Assembly: GCF_964355755.1 (NCBI RefSeq)
Contig: NC_092678.1
Coordinates: 24,135,365 to 24,199,364 of the forward strand
Length of the DNA: 64,000 bases
DNA from: Antedon mediterranea
Taxonomy: Eukaryota > Animalia > Echinodermata
Direction: 5' to 3'
The notes beneath the pieces were generated by a model. That model was not told the DNA's origin, made no database searches, and worked only from the letters and a program-made list of their open reading frames with translations. The translations under genes were made by a program, and so were the position numbers. This document shows positions 11,339-26,500 of this stretch, piece by piece. Every line of letters starts with the position of its first letter. Positions within the stretch are counted from its first letter, which is position 1.

Positions 11339-14300
11339 TTATGCTAATTCATAGTACTTGTGCGTTTTTGGATCAAAGTAACAGTTTAAACAGGGATCGT
11401 ACAATAAATCCAGCTCATCATCACTGTCATCTTTTCCTTTTTCACCTGAAATTAATAGAAACTTGACAAAATTACATTGAGAATGTACAGTAAGTTGTAA
11501 GCTATGTTTAACATGGTACTTATGTCTACAAATGTCAGCCAATACAAATAGTACAATGTTTAAGGCAATATTTACCTGTTGGTATATCCTTGTTAGGTGA
11601 TAGGTGTACAGCTGCTAGCTCCTCTCGACCCCTCTCACTAACTGGTATAATAGGAGGGCTAAACATCTTTGACCATTCCCTTAAAATAGATACACCATTC
11701 AATAACTAAGTACATTAGTACGATAATTATGGCTCTCATTTAACAGTAGAAAGAGTAATATTGTTTTCGTTCGTTTTACAATAAAAAGTATACATATTAT
11801 TAAGGCCCTTGTTTGTACTGTACCTTGGGTTGGACTGCATCAGTGGATTGTTATCCAATCCTCTATGTGCATCTTCCATGTAATCATACGGCTGCATAGG
11901 TGGGGCCTGCAAAATATAAGCAACTTGTTTTATCTCAACCCGACTTTAATAAAATGGGTACAGTAGTTAGTATCCTAGCTGTCGTAAGAAAGTATAAATA
12001 TCTTTTTGCAGATTTAATATTGCATTCTGTTTATCGATACAACTGTGTCTGTCTGTCTGGATTGGGGTGAAAAGAAACTAACCGGTCGCTGCCAAGTGCT
12101 GTTAGTAGTGGCAGAGTCATCGCTAGAATCACTGACATCGGCGTCAATGCCTTGGAAGGAATCCATATGAGATTCTGAAGACTCTTCAAGAGCTTCTTCT
12201 AGCTGTTGCCGCTGGAGACTTTGTAACATTCTGGCTTCTAAAGAGGATGCAGAACTGTATGACTCGTTCCGCCAATCATAATCCTGAAAGAAAGTGTATT
12301 TATTTCATTTTTGTCACTATTACCAAATATGGAAATATAATACTATCCCTGGCCTTTTTTATTTAAAACTAAATCTTGCATCATATTTCTATTTCATTTT
12401 AATTTAAAGCACCCACTTACATCAGACAGCCTATTCTCTGCACCTTCCATGGAACTACTTCCTGTGACCTTTTGACCTGATGAACCAGATGCACCTTGCC
12501 TGTTCTCGGAAGACCCAGCAGCACTTGATTCTGATGATAATCTAGGATCATCCTTAGATATCTCCTTTAATCTCTTTAAGCTCATTCTAGATCTGCTTTG
12601 ACTAGAGTCTTTACTCAGCTTTGGTAAGTAACCTTTTTTACCTTTTCCGTGTTGTGGCGTTCTTCCTCTCATGCGTGGCCCAGAATCACTTAATTGAGGT
12701 TGTTGGCTTTTGTTTACATTGTCAACCGTGAGCGCTAAATGTGCAGAACGTGGTGATTTGTTTTCCGTAGTTTCTTTATCTTTATTTACTACCACACGAT
12801 AATCGGTGCCTTCATCGCCGCTTTGATAACCAAAGAAATCGTTTGATTGCGGATTGGAAAATTTTATCTTCAAACTTGATTGTTGACCCTAGAATACAAA
12901 ATGTACCGTGATTATCATTATACTGTATTAAATTGGCCACAACATTTGATTGTAGAGGTTGTGGGACTATACTTGGATATTGACCTAGAGGACTATACTT
13001 GGATTTCGGGATGTGATCGGTGGCCCACAAGAGTAAACCAAATCCAGATTATTAGCAAACTTTCATTCTACACATTCTTTATTAATTTCCACAAATGTGT
13101 AGCCGGCCATGTTGTGCAACTTGAAAAAGAAAAGTTATTATCTCAACAGGATGCTAGTAAAATAAACTTACATTTGAAGTCTTGTTCTTTTCTTTACTGT
13201 CTTTACTAGCTGGTACAGTTCTTGGCTTTGAATTGAATGTATACAGTTTTCTGTCAGATGTACTGTTAATCTGGTTCCCATTACAAGAATCATTTTCATT
13301 ATTATTTACGCTTTTCTCTGATAATTTACTTTTAGTTTTATAATGTTTAACAACGCTATCAACTTTAGTTCTTTCTGACGTCTTATTTTTATCAGAATTA
13401 CTTGATTGTTGTTCCTTTTCATCAGTTTCTGAAAAGCTTTCCAATCTTCGTCGACTATTTCGAACCCCTGGCTGTTTCTTATTCCGGTCTTGTAAACTCA
13501 CTGATCCACCACTTAGGGCTAGCATATCGTCCGATTCCGACATACTGTCTGTCCGCTGATAACGTGAAATGTTTTGAGTAGAATTATCTTTCCAATCTTT
13601 CTTACTTAAGCGTTCCCTTGCTCCATTTAGCAATTTCCTAACATCATCTTCAGTATCCACTGAACTTTCAGATTCATTTCTATTGCGTCTTTTACTACCA
13701 TTACTATCCGAATATTTATTTTTATCGTAAACTCCACGAGACGTTGCGTCACCACTACCACGAGACGTTTTATCACCGCTACCACTGCGAGACGTTGCAT
13801 CACCGCTACCACCGCGAGACGTTGCGTCACCACTACCACCACGGGAAGAAGCGGTACTGCTACTGTTAGACGGACGAACTTTAACAATGCGTCTGGATGT
13901 GCCCGCTGACTCTTTGGATCGGTCTCTTGGTGGATGTGGTTTGTGTGCGATTTCTGACTGGAGCTGCCCTCCACCTGCCCATGTCCTGCTTCCAGATAAA
14001 CTATCTAGGGAACAATAGAAGGAACACTTTATTTGCTATGGTAATATGGTAGTGATACGCCCAAATATAGTAGTGATATGACATCATCATGCCCATATAT
14101 GGGCACATAAATTTGTTTTTGTCTTGTAAAGTGTAGACAGAGCTTAAGAACATAACTTTTATACTTGTGTGATTTTTGATTTATTCTCAACATACCTTTG
14201 TCAACATTTAGCTCACTGTCCTTTAATGGGGTGCCTGGATCGGACTTCTGCCGATTGTGCTTGCCACTATGAACAACAAGAGTATCAACTTGGTCCTTTG

Positions 14301-16979
14301 AAGCACGCCCTCGTGGAGATTCTGTAAAAGTGACGTATAAGTATTATTATTGATTACGAATTTTAATTTCAGAAAAATTGAGATTTGTTTTTTTAATTTG
14401 TTTTCTTTCATGGTATTGTAATAGTGTTATCTTGAAATTTGTGTCCCTGATGGATCCAAAATACTGCTCAATGTTACTGTGATCTAATTTAAGCATGTAC
14501 TAACCTTCAAAACGTTGCGTGTGTGGTGTCCGATTGCTTCGATGACCTGCACTATTCGAAGCCTAACAAATTAAATGAGTTTTTACATTAAAAAAATTGT
14601 TTTATTCAGAACTAATTAATATCAAAATATAAGGACGTCTAGATGTTTCTCTATGTAACTGTTCTTATTTGAATAAGTATTATGAAATGGAATATATACC
14701 TCAGATCGGCCAGCTGAATTTGGCTTTTTGGACGAAGGTGAGGATGGCACTCGCACTCTGGACCCAAATGCTATGTGCGTTGGCCCCTTATCTTTGCCTC
14801 TACTAGCATTCAAATCTGTAACAAAAGGACAAATAGCATGTACAACATCTACTACAGTATTACCTCAAAGCTGATATTTTAAAAATGGGCTTAAAACTGA
14901 ATTTGTACTGTAAACAAACCTGGATCTGAAGATGACGAGGGCCTGCTTACGGCTGATTCACCTCTAGTCTTGTAGTCAGCGTGTCGTAACTTGTTCATAT
15001 TGATAACCTTTAATAACAAATGAAAACATGTCTAGTTATAATGAAGCAATTCCAACCACTACTACTTATTTTCATACCTAAAGCAGTTCTTGTTTAATTA
15101 ATGTTTCCACGTTCTCTTTATCATATTTCTTTTCATCATCCAATAATATTGTACGATTGTTAATTACTGTACCTGTGTTTGAAACCGAACATCTTTGTGG
15201 AATTGGCATTGCGTTGGAATGTGATCGACCTCAGTGTCATTAGTATTAGGACAACAATGGTACACATCTATAAAACAAAAACATCAATCAATTGAACTTT
15301 ATTAGTCAAAAGTGTACACATCAAACTCGTGTTTAATTTGGCATATTAACTGTTATATCAACTGACATTCTTTGGCACGCAAAAAAACAAGAAATAGCTA
15401 CGTACCATCGTCATCAGTGTTGTCCAGCGGTTGCGTCTTTAGAGTGAATATCTTGCGTAACTTACAAGAGGCGCTTATAGTGATAGAATCTAGAGATTTG
15501 AATGTTTGACCTTTGAACGCTTCACCAACAAATGATACCATATCAAAACACAGGTTTAACCACTGAAAAAAAAATCAAATGTTTAGTGAACAAATCTGAG
15601 AGTTTCAAATAAGACCTTACAAACAACAACACAGGTTTCAGGATTTTTAAATAATGAGACCAGGAATTGTATATTACCATTTCTAAATTGAATTAGGGTC
15701 TACTATGGGTTTAACCGATAAACCACTCATTTTTTACCAAACTTAAATATATCTACATACCACAGATTTCTTAAGAATAGCAAGAGGTATCTTAGCATGT
15801 AGCGGTGTAACCGACACTTCTTTATGAGATGTTGATAACACTATACGTCTCTTGTTGTTACTCATATCACAAATTCTATCAAGAAAAATATAAATGCAAA
15901 TATCAATATCAAAATTATTAAATATACGGTATGTATTAACTGGAGGAAAAACGATAATTTTTTTGCACAGAGCTGATCCTCCTAATCTCATCCCCCTAAT
16001 CTCATCATTCACTCAACTCCATTCAACTTTCTCCCAGAAGAATTAAATTTAATAATACTCACCCTAACTCAACAGAGAAATCCTGTCCCAGAGACACGTA
16101 CAGTTGGATTACAAAGAACCTCTGGATTAAAACCACTTGAAAAACAAAAAAATAAAGCGTACAAACTTACAAGAAAAGTAATATTTTTTATTTTGTTTTT
16201 TATTTTTAAGAAAGTACTTTGACAAAGAAGTTGTGTTTCTAGCAGTCTATTTCTTATACAGTATTTAAGCTTAAATTGAGATCAAGTTACTATTCATGAT
16301 CATCCCTACCATTTTAGATTACTTACATAACTGTTTGGCATCTTTTGGAAGAAGCATCTTTGTTGATGCTGTGGCGCCCTCTACCACATGACAGTAACTT
16401 TTAATTTCTTTATCATACACCTGTATGTAACAAAAACATACACAACCTTTGTAACATTTTGTATTTATTTGAATTAGTAATTATCTTTCTTAATTTATTT
16501 TCAAATGTTTGCATCGAATAAAATAAATGTTAAAAGAGCAACCTTTGAGAACGAGGAAGTGCCACCAGACAGCTTCCATTTCATCAGAGGATCCTTGCCT
16601 TGTGAACTGAACACTTCAACGTACGGGCCACCCTAAAATGACATCAAATAGTGCAACATATTAAGATAAAACAACTATCAAAATATTATCAAACGTTGGT
16701 TTTTATTTGAAAAAAGGGGCAACAGGTGTTTAGTAGTATAGGCTAATCCAAACTGAAAATAATTTTAAAAATTAGGTAATTTACTTTATGTTGAACCAAG
16801 AAAGCATTGACAAAGTTTTTATATTTAATGAATATTTACAATTCAACAATTTTTATTGTTTTAACATTAAAAAAAAGTAAAAATTAATCAAAAAAGTAAA
16901 AAATAATGAAACTATTATTAATATTATCTCAATCAGAACCAGATAAATGTTGGCCTACCTGGAATTCGTTTTTAAACAT
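11339..16979 (-). CDS. CFAP20DC: CFAP20 domain-containing protein (C3orf67 orthologue), multi-exon
   Basis: N-terminus MFKNEFQ|[15 protein letters not shown], then [24 protein letters not shown] and [12 protein letters not shown]. Low-complexity middle region. C-terminus [25 protein letters not shown] matches recalled human C3orf67. Confidence 0.92.
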
Positions 16980-17399
16980 TATTGTTCTTGGTTAAAACCT
17001 AGCTGTAACATAACGGCAACTTGATCTGCAAAGAAATTATTAACAAGTTTAAATATCAATTCACAGACAAAAAATGACAAAATCTTTTATAAATTCAATC
17101 ATAATCATAAAGTTCATAGTGCATAAAGAGTATTGATAAATTATTAATCATTCAATTCAAATCTTTTACCAACAAAGAAACATTTAATAGTCCTCAATTA
17201 ATCTAGTAGTACCCTACCTATTTATTCTAATAGAGGATGGTTCACCTGCCTCTCTATAGAAAAGTGGTGACCCTCATCATCTCTCTATCTAGCCTAGCTT
17301 GGGGGCCTAGTAATTCAATCATATTTCTTCGCTTCTTAAACTTTATATTACGCTTTATTATGTTTTTATGAATTATTAATATGTATATTTCATCGTGGT

Positions 17400-17539
17400 A
17401 AGCTTAAAAATACTTATAAAATAGAAGGTAGCTTACAATCATCAATAATAGTTGGTTGATCTCGGTATCTACGTATCGAAGGAAGCCATTATTTACAAAA
17501 AAATGCAATTACTATTGAGGGCGCTATTTCAAAACAAAA
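17400..17539. promoter_or_regulatory. Bidirectional promoter CFAP20DC/ASZ1
   Basis: CFAP20DC has a 5'UTR acceptor at ~17046 and a candidate upstream donor (cttac) at ~17432-17436. The ASZ1 ATG is at 17540 in an aaaATGGC context. Confidence 0.6.
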
Positions 17540-20500
17540 ATGGCTGCGTACATGAATGCAATCCCTGCCGGTGACGAAGATTTTGATTTTGATGATGATG
17601 GCTTTAATTTTGATGATGCTTATGCAAGTGCAACCCCTTTTGATGTAAGATAAACGTAGAATAAACCTAGTAAATTTAAGTTTGCAAAATTCATCAAAAA
17701 ATAGACTAAATGGCGTCCAGACTTTTAGGACTAAAAGCTAGCCTTTCGCTCGACCTTACTTCTTTGATATTTCTGTCACTGTGGTTGGTTGGTTGGTTTG
17801 TCTGGTGAGGAAGCTGTGCTAATTCCTAACCATGACGTGTTGTGGGCCAGGCTAGGTCTAGTTAATGAGCCTGGTACCTAGTATGATGGAATGAACTAGC
17901 TAGGCCTAAGTTTTTAATTAACTCTTCATATTTCCATAATTAATGATAATATTTAATATGTTTATTTTTTTTTTAGGTTTTTTATAACTTATGCCAAAAG
18001 TTAAAACCAGAAAATATTAATATTATATATAGCCTATATAAGCATTTCTTTTTCTTAATTAAGGACACATCTTTTACAACAAAGTCCAAGTTTACAGTCG
18101 GTTCACCAGATGCTAAGGAAGAAATAATCGATGGCATGACGACGCAGAAGAAACAAAAGAGGTTGCCGGTACGAGACAAACAAGGGGCGTTACTCATTGC
18201 AGATGACCTGAGGACGGTCATTTTAAAAGGACACTTACAGGAAATGAAACACTTTTTACAACAAGGTTTGTTCGTTATGATGCATATCTAAAAAATTCAC
18301 GATAAATTTATATCTTTATTACCTAGCAAATGTGTGGCCAAGTGGTTAAGACGGTGAACCATAATACCTAGCCATAACATCGACAAGTGTCATGTTCAAG
18401 GCTCACTCGCTCCATAGTTATGGTGCTAGAACGAGTCTTCTCGGATAAGGTCTATAAACTGTAGGTCCAGTGTACACCTGGCTCATGTACACTTTAAAGA
18501 ATCTAAGTACATCTTTTGAGACGAGTACCCTTATGTACTAGTACACACACAGACATTGATTGTCAGCATATGCTTCTATAGATATAGTTGAAAAAAATAA
18601 AAATCTTTACATTTTTAGGAGTACCTGTTGACTTCAAGCTTCGAGATGGATGGACTCTTCTCATGTATTCTGCATCTTCTGGCAAAGCAGAAATCGTTAA
18701 ATATTTATTAGAAAATAAAGCTGATCCAAATCTTGCTAGTGGTAAGTACTGTACTTACGCACCATAATTTCCCAACCAGACCATTATATTAAAGCAACAC
18801 ACACCTGCTGTATCCCAATACCTTTCTTCCATTTGCTAATATATATTTCACACTGATTTATAGTAGTATTGTATTGCTGCTTGTAAATAGTTTTTAGTTA
18901 TAAATATAGTTTAGTTATTCATGTCTTTTTTGTTTAGTTAAATATGTTCTGTGTTGCTTCTTGGACCGCACTGCATATTGTGAGTGCCACCAATTCAAAG
19001 GTGTATGGTCAACAAATAAATAAATACCCAGGTATGCCTAGCACCCATATATATGGCCAGCAGACTACCTGGTGCATAGATCTGTTTTGAAGCTCACAAT
19101 GAAGCTGCCATAACTGTACTACAACTACAGCCGTACATTGCTAAATATGACCTTGGAATTGTTTTGTCACATGACCGATTGTGTTTTTCAGATTTGTTTA
19201 CTCCACTGATGGCAGCATGTTCTTGTAGTACAGCCTCAGAAGATCAAATCTTGCATTGTGTTAAGAAACTCCTAGAGCATGGTGCCAGGATTAACAGCCA
19301 TGACAGGTAAACAGTATTTGTCTAGTAATGATTGCTACAATGATTGGTTGAAGTAGTCAACAATGTTCAACCAATTACAAGCTCTTGAAGTTACTGGGTT
19401 ACTACATTATTGTTAGGGGGATTAATAAAAATACTCTTATGAATAAGATGAGTTTAACCAAGTTGAAAGATTAATGTCCAGTTGCTGTAGTGTTGTTGTT
19501 GCATTGTTTATGTTTATTTCTTACAGACATTTTATGACCAGTCTTATGTTTGCAGCCAAGTCTGGTTATGTATCTGTTGTTTCTCATTTAATTCACTGTA
19601 AATGTGACATTAATAAACAAGACGATCGACGGTGGACGGTAAGTTGCTAACAAAACCAAGGTTCAGGCTGAAACCACTTGCTGTGGTTGTGGTGTGCGTT
19701 GGCTTCTACCATTAGGACGTGCTGTAGATATCTAGAAATAGTCTATTACAAAGTAACTTGACGAATAAAAGACTAGTAAAGTTTGGTTTGCGGTACACCA
19801 GTGTTTCTAAAACAAAAGTAAATATGGTTGAGAATGGTGTACCGGAAACCTAACTTTACCAGCTTTGCTAAGTTACAGTCAAATATTTACCTTACTCTCA
19901 AAGACCAGAGATTTACTTACATTTGTTTTCTCAATTCTTAATAATAATACATAAAATACCTTGTATAGGCATTATGCTATGCGGCAGGTTGTGGCTCTGT
20001 TGCTGTTGTCAAGTTATTGCTTGATAATAAAGCAAAAACAAATCTAAGATGTTCAGAAGGTACACCAGCAGACGTAGCCTACAACAATGGACATGAAAAG
20101 GTTGGTACATCAATATTTAAATATCTTTTTATTTAAACCATTGCAACCATTGCAACCAGTAGATGGATTAAACCAGTCAGTCTGCGTGTTTGTCCACCCA
20201 CTACAAAATTCCCCTTGTCAACACATTCAGTTTTGTTGCAGGAATGTTGTATGTTAATGATTTTTTTTTCTTTAGTTGTCAGAGGTAATAGAAGAACATG
20301 AACATCCAGAAAAACACAAGATGAGAAACAGTATAGACGCAGCTGATGGAACAGATAAAATGTAAGAAAATAGTAGATAAAGATGAGAAAAAGTATAGAC
20401 GCAGCTGATGGAACAGATAAAATATAAGAAAATAGTAGATAAAGATGAGAAACAGTATAGACGCAGCTGATGGAACAGATAAAATGTAAGAAAATAGTAG

Positions 20501-23500
20501 ATAAAGATGAGAAAAAGTATAGACGCAGCTGATGGAACAGATAAAATATAAGAAAATAGTAGATAAAGATGAGAAAAAGTATAGACGCAGCTGATGGAAC
20601 AGATAAAATGTAAGAAAATAGTAGATAAAGATGAGAAAAAGTATAGACGCAGCTGATGGAACAGATAAAATATAAGAAAATAGTAGATAAAGATGAGAAA
20701 CAGTATAGACGCAGCTGATGGAACAGATAAAATGTAAGAAAATAGTAGATAAAGATGAGAAACAGTATAGACGCAGCTGATGGAACAGATAAAATGTAAG
20801 AAAATAGTAGATAAAGATGAGAAACAGTATAGACGCAGCTGATGGAACAGATAAAATGTAAGAAAATAGTAGATAAAGATGAGAAAAAGTATAGACGCAG
20901 CTGATGGAACAGATAAAATATAAGAAAATAGTAGATAAAGATGAGAAACAGTATAGACGCAGCTGATGGAACAGATAAAATGTAAGAAAATAGTAGATAA
21001 AGATGAGAAAAAGTATAGACGCAGCTGATGGAACAGATAAAATATAAGAAAATAGTAGATAAAGATGAGAAACAGTATAGACGCAGCTGATGGAACAGAT
21101 AAAATGTAAGAAAATAGTAGATAAAGATGAGAAAAAGTATAGACGCAGCTGATGGAACAGATAAAATATAAGAAAATAGTAGATAAAGATGAGAAACAGT
21201 ATAGACGCAGCTGATGGAACAGATAAAATGTAAGAAAATAGTAGATAAAGATGAGAAACAGTATAGACGCAGCTGATGGAACAGATAAAATGTAAGAAAA
21301 TAGTAGATAAAGATGAGAAACAGTATAGACGCAGCTGATGGAACAGATAAAATGTAAGAAAATAGTAGATAAAGATGAGAAAAAGTATAGACGCAGCTGA
21401 TGGAACAGATAAAATATAAGAAAATAGTAGATAAAGATGAGAAACAGTATAGACGCAGCTGATGGAACAGATAAAATGTAAGAAAATAGTAGATAAAGAT
21501 GAGAAACAGTATAGACGCAGCTGATGGAACAGATAAAATGTAAGAAAATAGTAGATAAAGATGAGAAACAGTATAGACGCAGCTGATGGAACAGATAAAA
21601 TGTAAGAAAATAGTAGATAAAGATGAGAAAAAGTATAGACGCAGCTGATGGAACAGATAAAATATAAGAAAATAGTAGATAAAGATGAGAAACAGTATAG
21701 ACGCAGCTGATGGAACAGATAAAATGTAAGAAAATAGTAGATAAAGATGAGAAAAAGTATAGACGCAGCTGATGGAACAGATAAAATATAAGAAAATAGT
21801 AGATAAAGATGAGAAACAGTATAGACGCAGCTGATGGAACAGATAAAATGTAAGAAAATAGTAGATAAAGATGAGAAACAGTATAGACGCAGCTGATGGA
21901 ACAGATAAAATGTAAGAAAATAGTAGATAAAGATGAGAAAAAGTATAGACGCAGCTGATGGAACAGATAAAATGTAAGAAAATAGTAGATAAAGATGAGA
22001 AACAGTATAGACGCAGCTGATGGAACAGATAAAATGTAAGAAAATAGTAGATAAAGATGAGAAACAGTATAGACGCAGCTGATGGAACAGATAAAATGTA
22101 AGAAAATAGTAGATAAAGATGAGAAACAGTATAGACGCAGCTGATGGAACAGATAAAATGTAAGAAAATAGTAGATAAAGATGAGAAACAGTATAGACGC
22201 AGCTGATGGAACAGATAAAATGTAAGAAAATAGTAGATAAAGATGAGAAACAGTATAGACGCAGCTGATGGAACAGATAAAATGTAAGAAAATAGTAGAT
22301 AAAGATGAGAAACAGTATAGACGCAGCTGATGGAACAGATAAAATATAAGAAAACAGTAGATAAAGATGAGAAACAGTATAGACGCAGCTGATGGAACAG
22401 ATAAAATGTAAGAAAATAGTAGATAAAGATGAGAAACAGTATAGACGCAGCTGATGGAACAGATAAAATGTAAGAAAATAGTAGATAAAAATGAGAAACA
22501 GTAAAGACGCAGCTGATGGAACAGATAAAATGTAAGAAAACAGATAAAGATGAGAAACAGTATAGACGCAGCTGATGGAACAGATAAAATGTAAGAAAAT
22601 AGTAGATAAAGATGAGAAACAGTATAGACGCAGCTGATGGAACAGATAAAATGTAAGAAAATAGTAGATAATGATGAGAAACAGTATAGACGCAGCTGAT
22701 GGAACAGATAAAATGTAAGAAAATAGTAGATAAAGATGAGAAACAGTATAGACGCAGCTGATGGAACAGATAAAATGTAAGAAAATAGTAGATAAAGATG
22801 AGAAACAGTATAGACGCAGCTGATGGAACAGATAAAATGTAAGAAAATAGTAGATAAAGATGAGAAACAGTATAGATGCAGCTGATGGAACAGATAAAAT
22901 ATAAGAAAATAGTAGATAAAGATTGAATCAATGACCTTATAGTTGGAGGCAAAAGACACTGTTCTGTAGGTTTAACGCCACACCCAAGTTGGAGGAATGT
23001 CCATGTAAAATCAATCATATTTGTTGTCAAACTCACTAAATGTGGATCAATTCTGTTTAAGATTAAATATCTTCTCTAGTATGACATAAATGTAATAAAC
23101 TTTTTTTTTTTAAAGAACACCCTCTCTAATTGTTGTCTTTATTGATAATCAATAGGGGTCGGATTAAAAAATAATGGATCGTTCCAGAAGTGGTATCGTA
23201 CAGCACTCCCTTTTAAATGTTTAATTTGTTTGATTTTTTTAGAGATGTATCCAAAGCGGCTGATAAGTACAAGCGTTATGGTGATCTAGAGCTATTCTTA
23301 TTTGGTATGAACCTTGGACACCTTATACCAGTGTTCCAACATCAAGAGTTAGATTTTACCACTGTCTTACAAATGACAGAAGGAGATTTAGAAAAGGTAG
23401 ACTTTGATTCGATTAAACTAGATAACTTTAGAGAACATAATAGTATAAATCTGAGTTCATTTTCCTTTTGTTGCATGTTACCCACGGTAACATGCTTGCC

Positions 23501-26500
23501 TTCAAATCCCAGGGTTGTAACTCGCGACTCTTTAACTCCACTCCCCAAGCCTCAAATTAATAATAATAATAAATGAAAACTTATATAGCGCCGGTATCCT
23601 CCACCCATGTGGCGCTCATGGCGCTTTGTGCATTAACAACGTGCAAGAACATCAGCGAATAGCGACGTCTTTAGGTTGGTCTTGAAACTGTTTAGACTAG
23701 TTGAGCATTTAACTGTTGCTGGTAAGCTGTTCCATACACTTGCGGCCGCAACGTAAAAAGATCTCTGACCCCACTGATTTTTCGCTCTACGCTCTTGAAG
23801 AAGGTTTTGTGACAATGATCGTAGGCCTCTGCGGGATGATTCGTAACGATCCACAAGGTCAGATAAATAAGCAGGAGCACTGTCATTTAGGATCTTGAAT
23901 ACAAACAACGCAAGTTTGTACTTAATACGTTGTTGAACAGGCAACCAATGCAAATCCATCAGGACAGGAGTTATGTGAGCGTTTGATTTTGTATAAGTTA
24001 CAATTCTAGCTGCCATATTTTGCAAGCGCTGCAAACGTTGTATTTGAGATTTTGGTATGCCAAACAACAAGGCATTACCAATGTCAATTTTAGAAGTGAC
24101 AAATGAGTGTACAATCAATTCAGCTGTTTTCTTGTTAAGATTACCGCGAATACGACCAAGGTTCCTAATCGATATGCATGCTGCTTTGGATACAGATGTT
24201 ATTTGTGCTTCCATAGTGAGATTACTATCCAGCATGATTCCCAGATTCCGGACCACCGATGAGGGAGCGATGTTAGAGTTTCCGATTCTGATATGTGTGA
24301 TGTTGATTTTGGAGATGTTACATTTAGACCCGACGATAATAAACTCTGTCTTTCCATCATTCAACTTTAGGTAATTTGTTGTCATCCAATTGCGAACATC
24401 TTCTATACAGGCTTCCATCTTACTGATTGCTGCAGCAACATCCCTTTGCACTGGATTTACTGACACATAAATCTGTGTATCATCTGCATAGAAATGGAAA
24501 TGTAGACTGTGTTTGCGAATAATGTCACCAAGGGGAAGCGTATAAATTGAAAACTGGCCAGGCCCAATTACTGACCCCTGTGGTACACCATATTCCAGGC
24601 AAGCTTCATCTGAGAATGCATCATTGATACAGACTAGCTGACGTCTTCCTGTAAGATATGACTGGAACCAGTTAAGAGCAACACCATTTATGCCAATGCG
24701 ATTTCTCAGACGGGTTATCAGTCTTTGGTGATCAACTGTATCAAACGCTGCTGACAAATCCAACAACACCAATAGCGTTATTTTCCCATCATTCATTCCT
24801 TGTAACAAATCATTCTGTACCTTTAAAAGGGAACTCTCCGTGCTATGACATGCACGATATGCCAACTGGTAATTCTCATTTAAATTATGCTTTTGAAGAT
24901 ATGGAGTAATGCGTGATGTCACTACACGCTCCAGAGTCTTTCCAAGAAAAGAAAGATTCGACACCGGGCGGTAATTTTTCAGCGTGTTATGATCCAAGTT
25001 TTGCTTTTTTATTAAAGGACGAACGTGAGCAATTTTCAGTTCATCTGGCACTATGCCGGTATTAAGAGAATGGTTAATGATTTCCGTTATTATTGGAACG
25101 ACTGCGTCTATACACTTCTTCAGTATAGAAGTAGGAACTGGATCTAACCTGCATGATTTTGTTGGTGATTTCATCAGAATGTTGCGGATCTCATCTTGAG
25201 ATGCTGGTGTAAATGTTGTGAGATGCTGATGAACAGCTGTCACAGGCTCATTAAATGACATGTCATCAATCTTGAAGTCGTCTCTGATGATCTTGATCTT
25301 GTCTGTGAAAAACTGACAGAACCTGTTCGCAAGATCTAAGTCAGAAAGACTATCTGGGAGAGGTGATACCTGGCGATGATGAAGGAGTTGGTTAACAATT
25401 TTCAAAAAGTCCTTTCTGATCTGCTGCATGTTCTTCACACAAGCCAATGTAGTAGTTGGCCTTTGCCTTTCTTACCATGGAATTTACATTCCTCTTCTGT
25501 GCAATGTAAGCTTGACGATCTATTTCCAGATGAGAGATTCTCCATTTCTTTTCAAGCTTACGCTTTGTTCTTTTCTCAGCATAGATGTCACTGTTATACC
25601 AACTAGTGTTTGGTCGGACCTTAACTGTTCTCTTTTTCGGTGGTGCGTGTTTGTCAAGAAGTTCACTCAAAGTGGTGACATATAGTCGTACTTTACTTGA
25701 TAAATCAAGATTTGAGAGCGAAGTTCCGAGATCAGACTGTGTGATATCTTTACATAATGTCTCAAAATTTATAGCATTCCAATGACGAGTTTCGATGGAT
25801 TTAGTGATTACGGGTGGCTTCTTGATAAGGAGATTACATGTGATTGCATAGTGATCTGATATACCATCAATGACATTAAGGTTTGAGAAAACAGGAGGAT
25901 CAGATGAACGAGTGATCAGCAAGTCTAATGTATGACCATGTCGGTGTGTAGGTGTAGACACATGCTGTTGAAGACTGCTTGCTACTACAAGTAGATTCCG
26001 AAAATGAATTGCATCTGCATCATTTGGCATATCCACATGGATGTTAAAGTCTCCAACGAATAGTATGGGAGCCGGCTTCAATACATAGTGATCAACCAAA
26101 GTTGAGAATTCTTCAGTGAAAACATTTAGACTGCAACCCGTTGATTTGCTTTGAGGACGATATACTGCTACGAGGAAAACTGAGGATGCATTGCTGACTA
26201 TTTCCACATTTAGCAGTTCAAATGATTTTGGTAATAATCCTGTGTCATAACATTTAACCGCTATGCTTTCCTTGTAAAGAAGTGCAACTCCACCACCTCT
26301 TTTAGTACCAGCACGGGGAGCATGTTTGAGAGAGTATCCGTTGGGTGTAATATTTCCTATAACTGATGTGTCTTCTGGTTTAAGCCACGTTTCCGAAAGG
26401 GCAACAACATCCAGATTATGTTCGATAACGAAATCCACAAATTCTGTTGTTTTGTTCCGAACGGATCTTGTATTAATACTGCAAAATTTAATATTGTTTT

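Noticed and set aside
13154-13171. Apparent 18-nt GT-AG micro-intron in CFAP20DC
   Set aside because: Too short for the spliceosome. The acceptor at ~12889 restores the frame ([14 protein letters not shown]).
20133-23036. 967-aa and 895-aa hydrophobic minus-strand ORFs
   Set aside because: They arise from the 62-bp minisatellite, whose minus strand lacks stops. Several frames are open, and the unit derives from the plus-strand ASZ1 exon end.
25390-25400. Programmed frameshift between LINE EN and RT
   Set aside because: L2/CR1 ORF2 is normally one frame. A single indel in a T-run is the simpler explanation.
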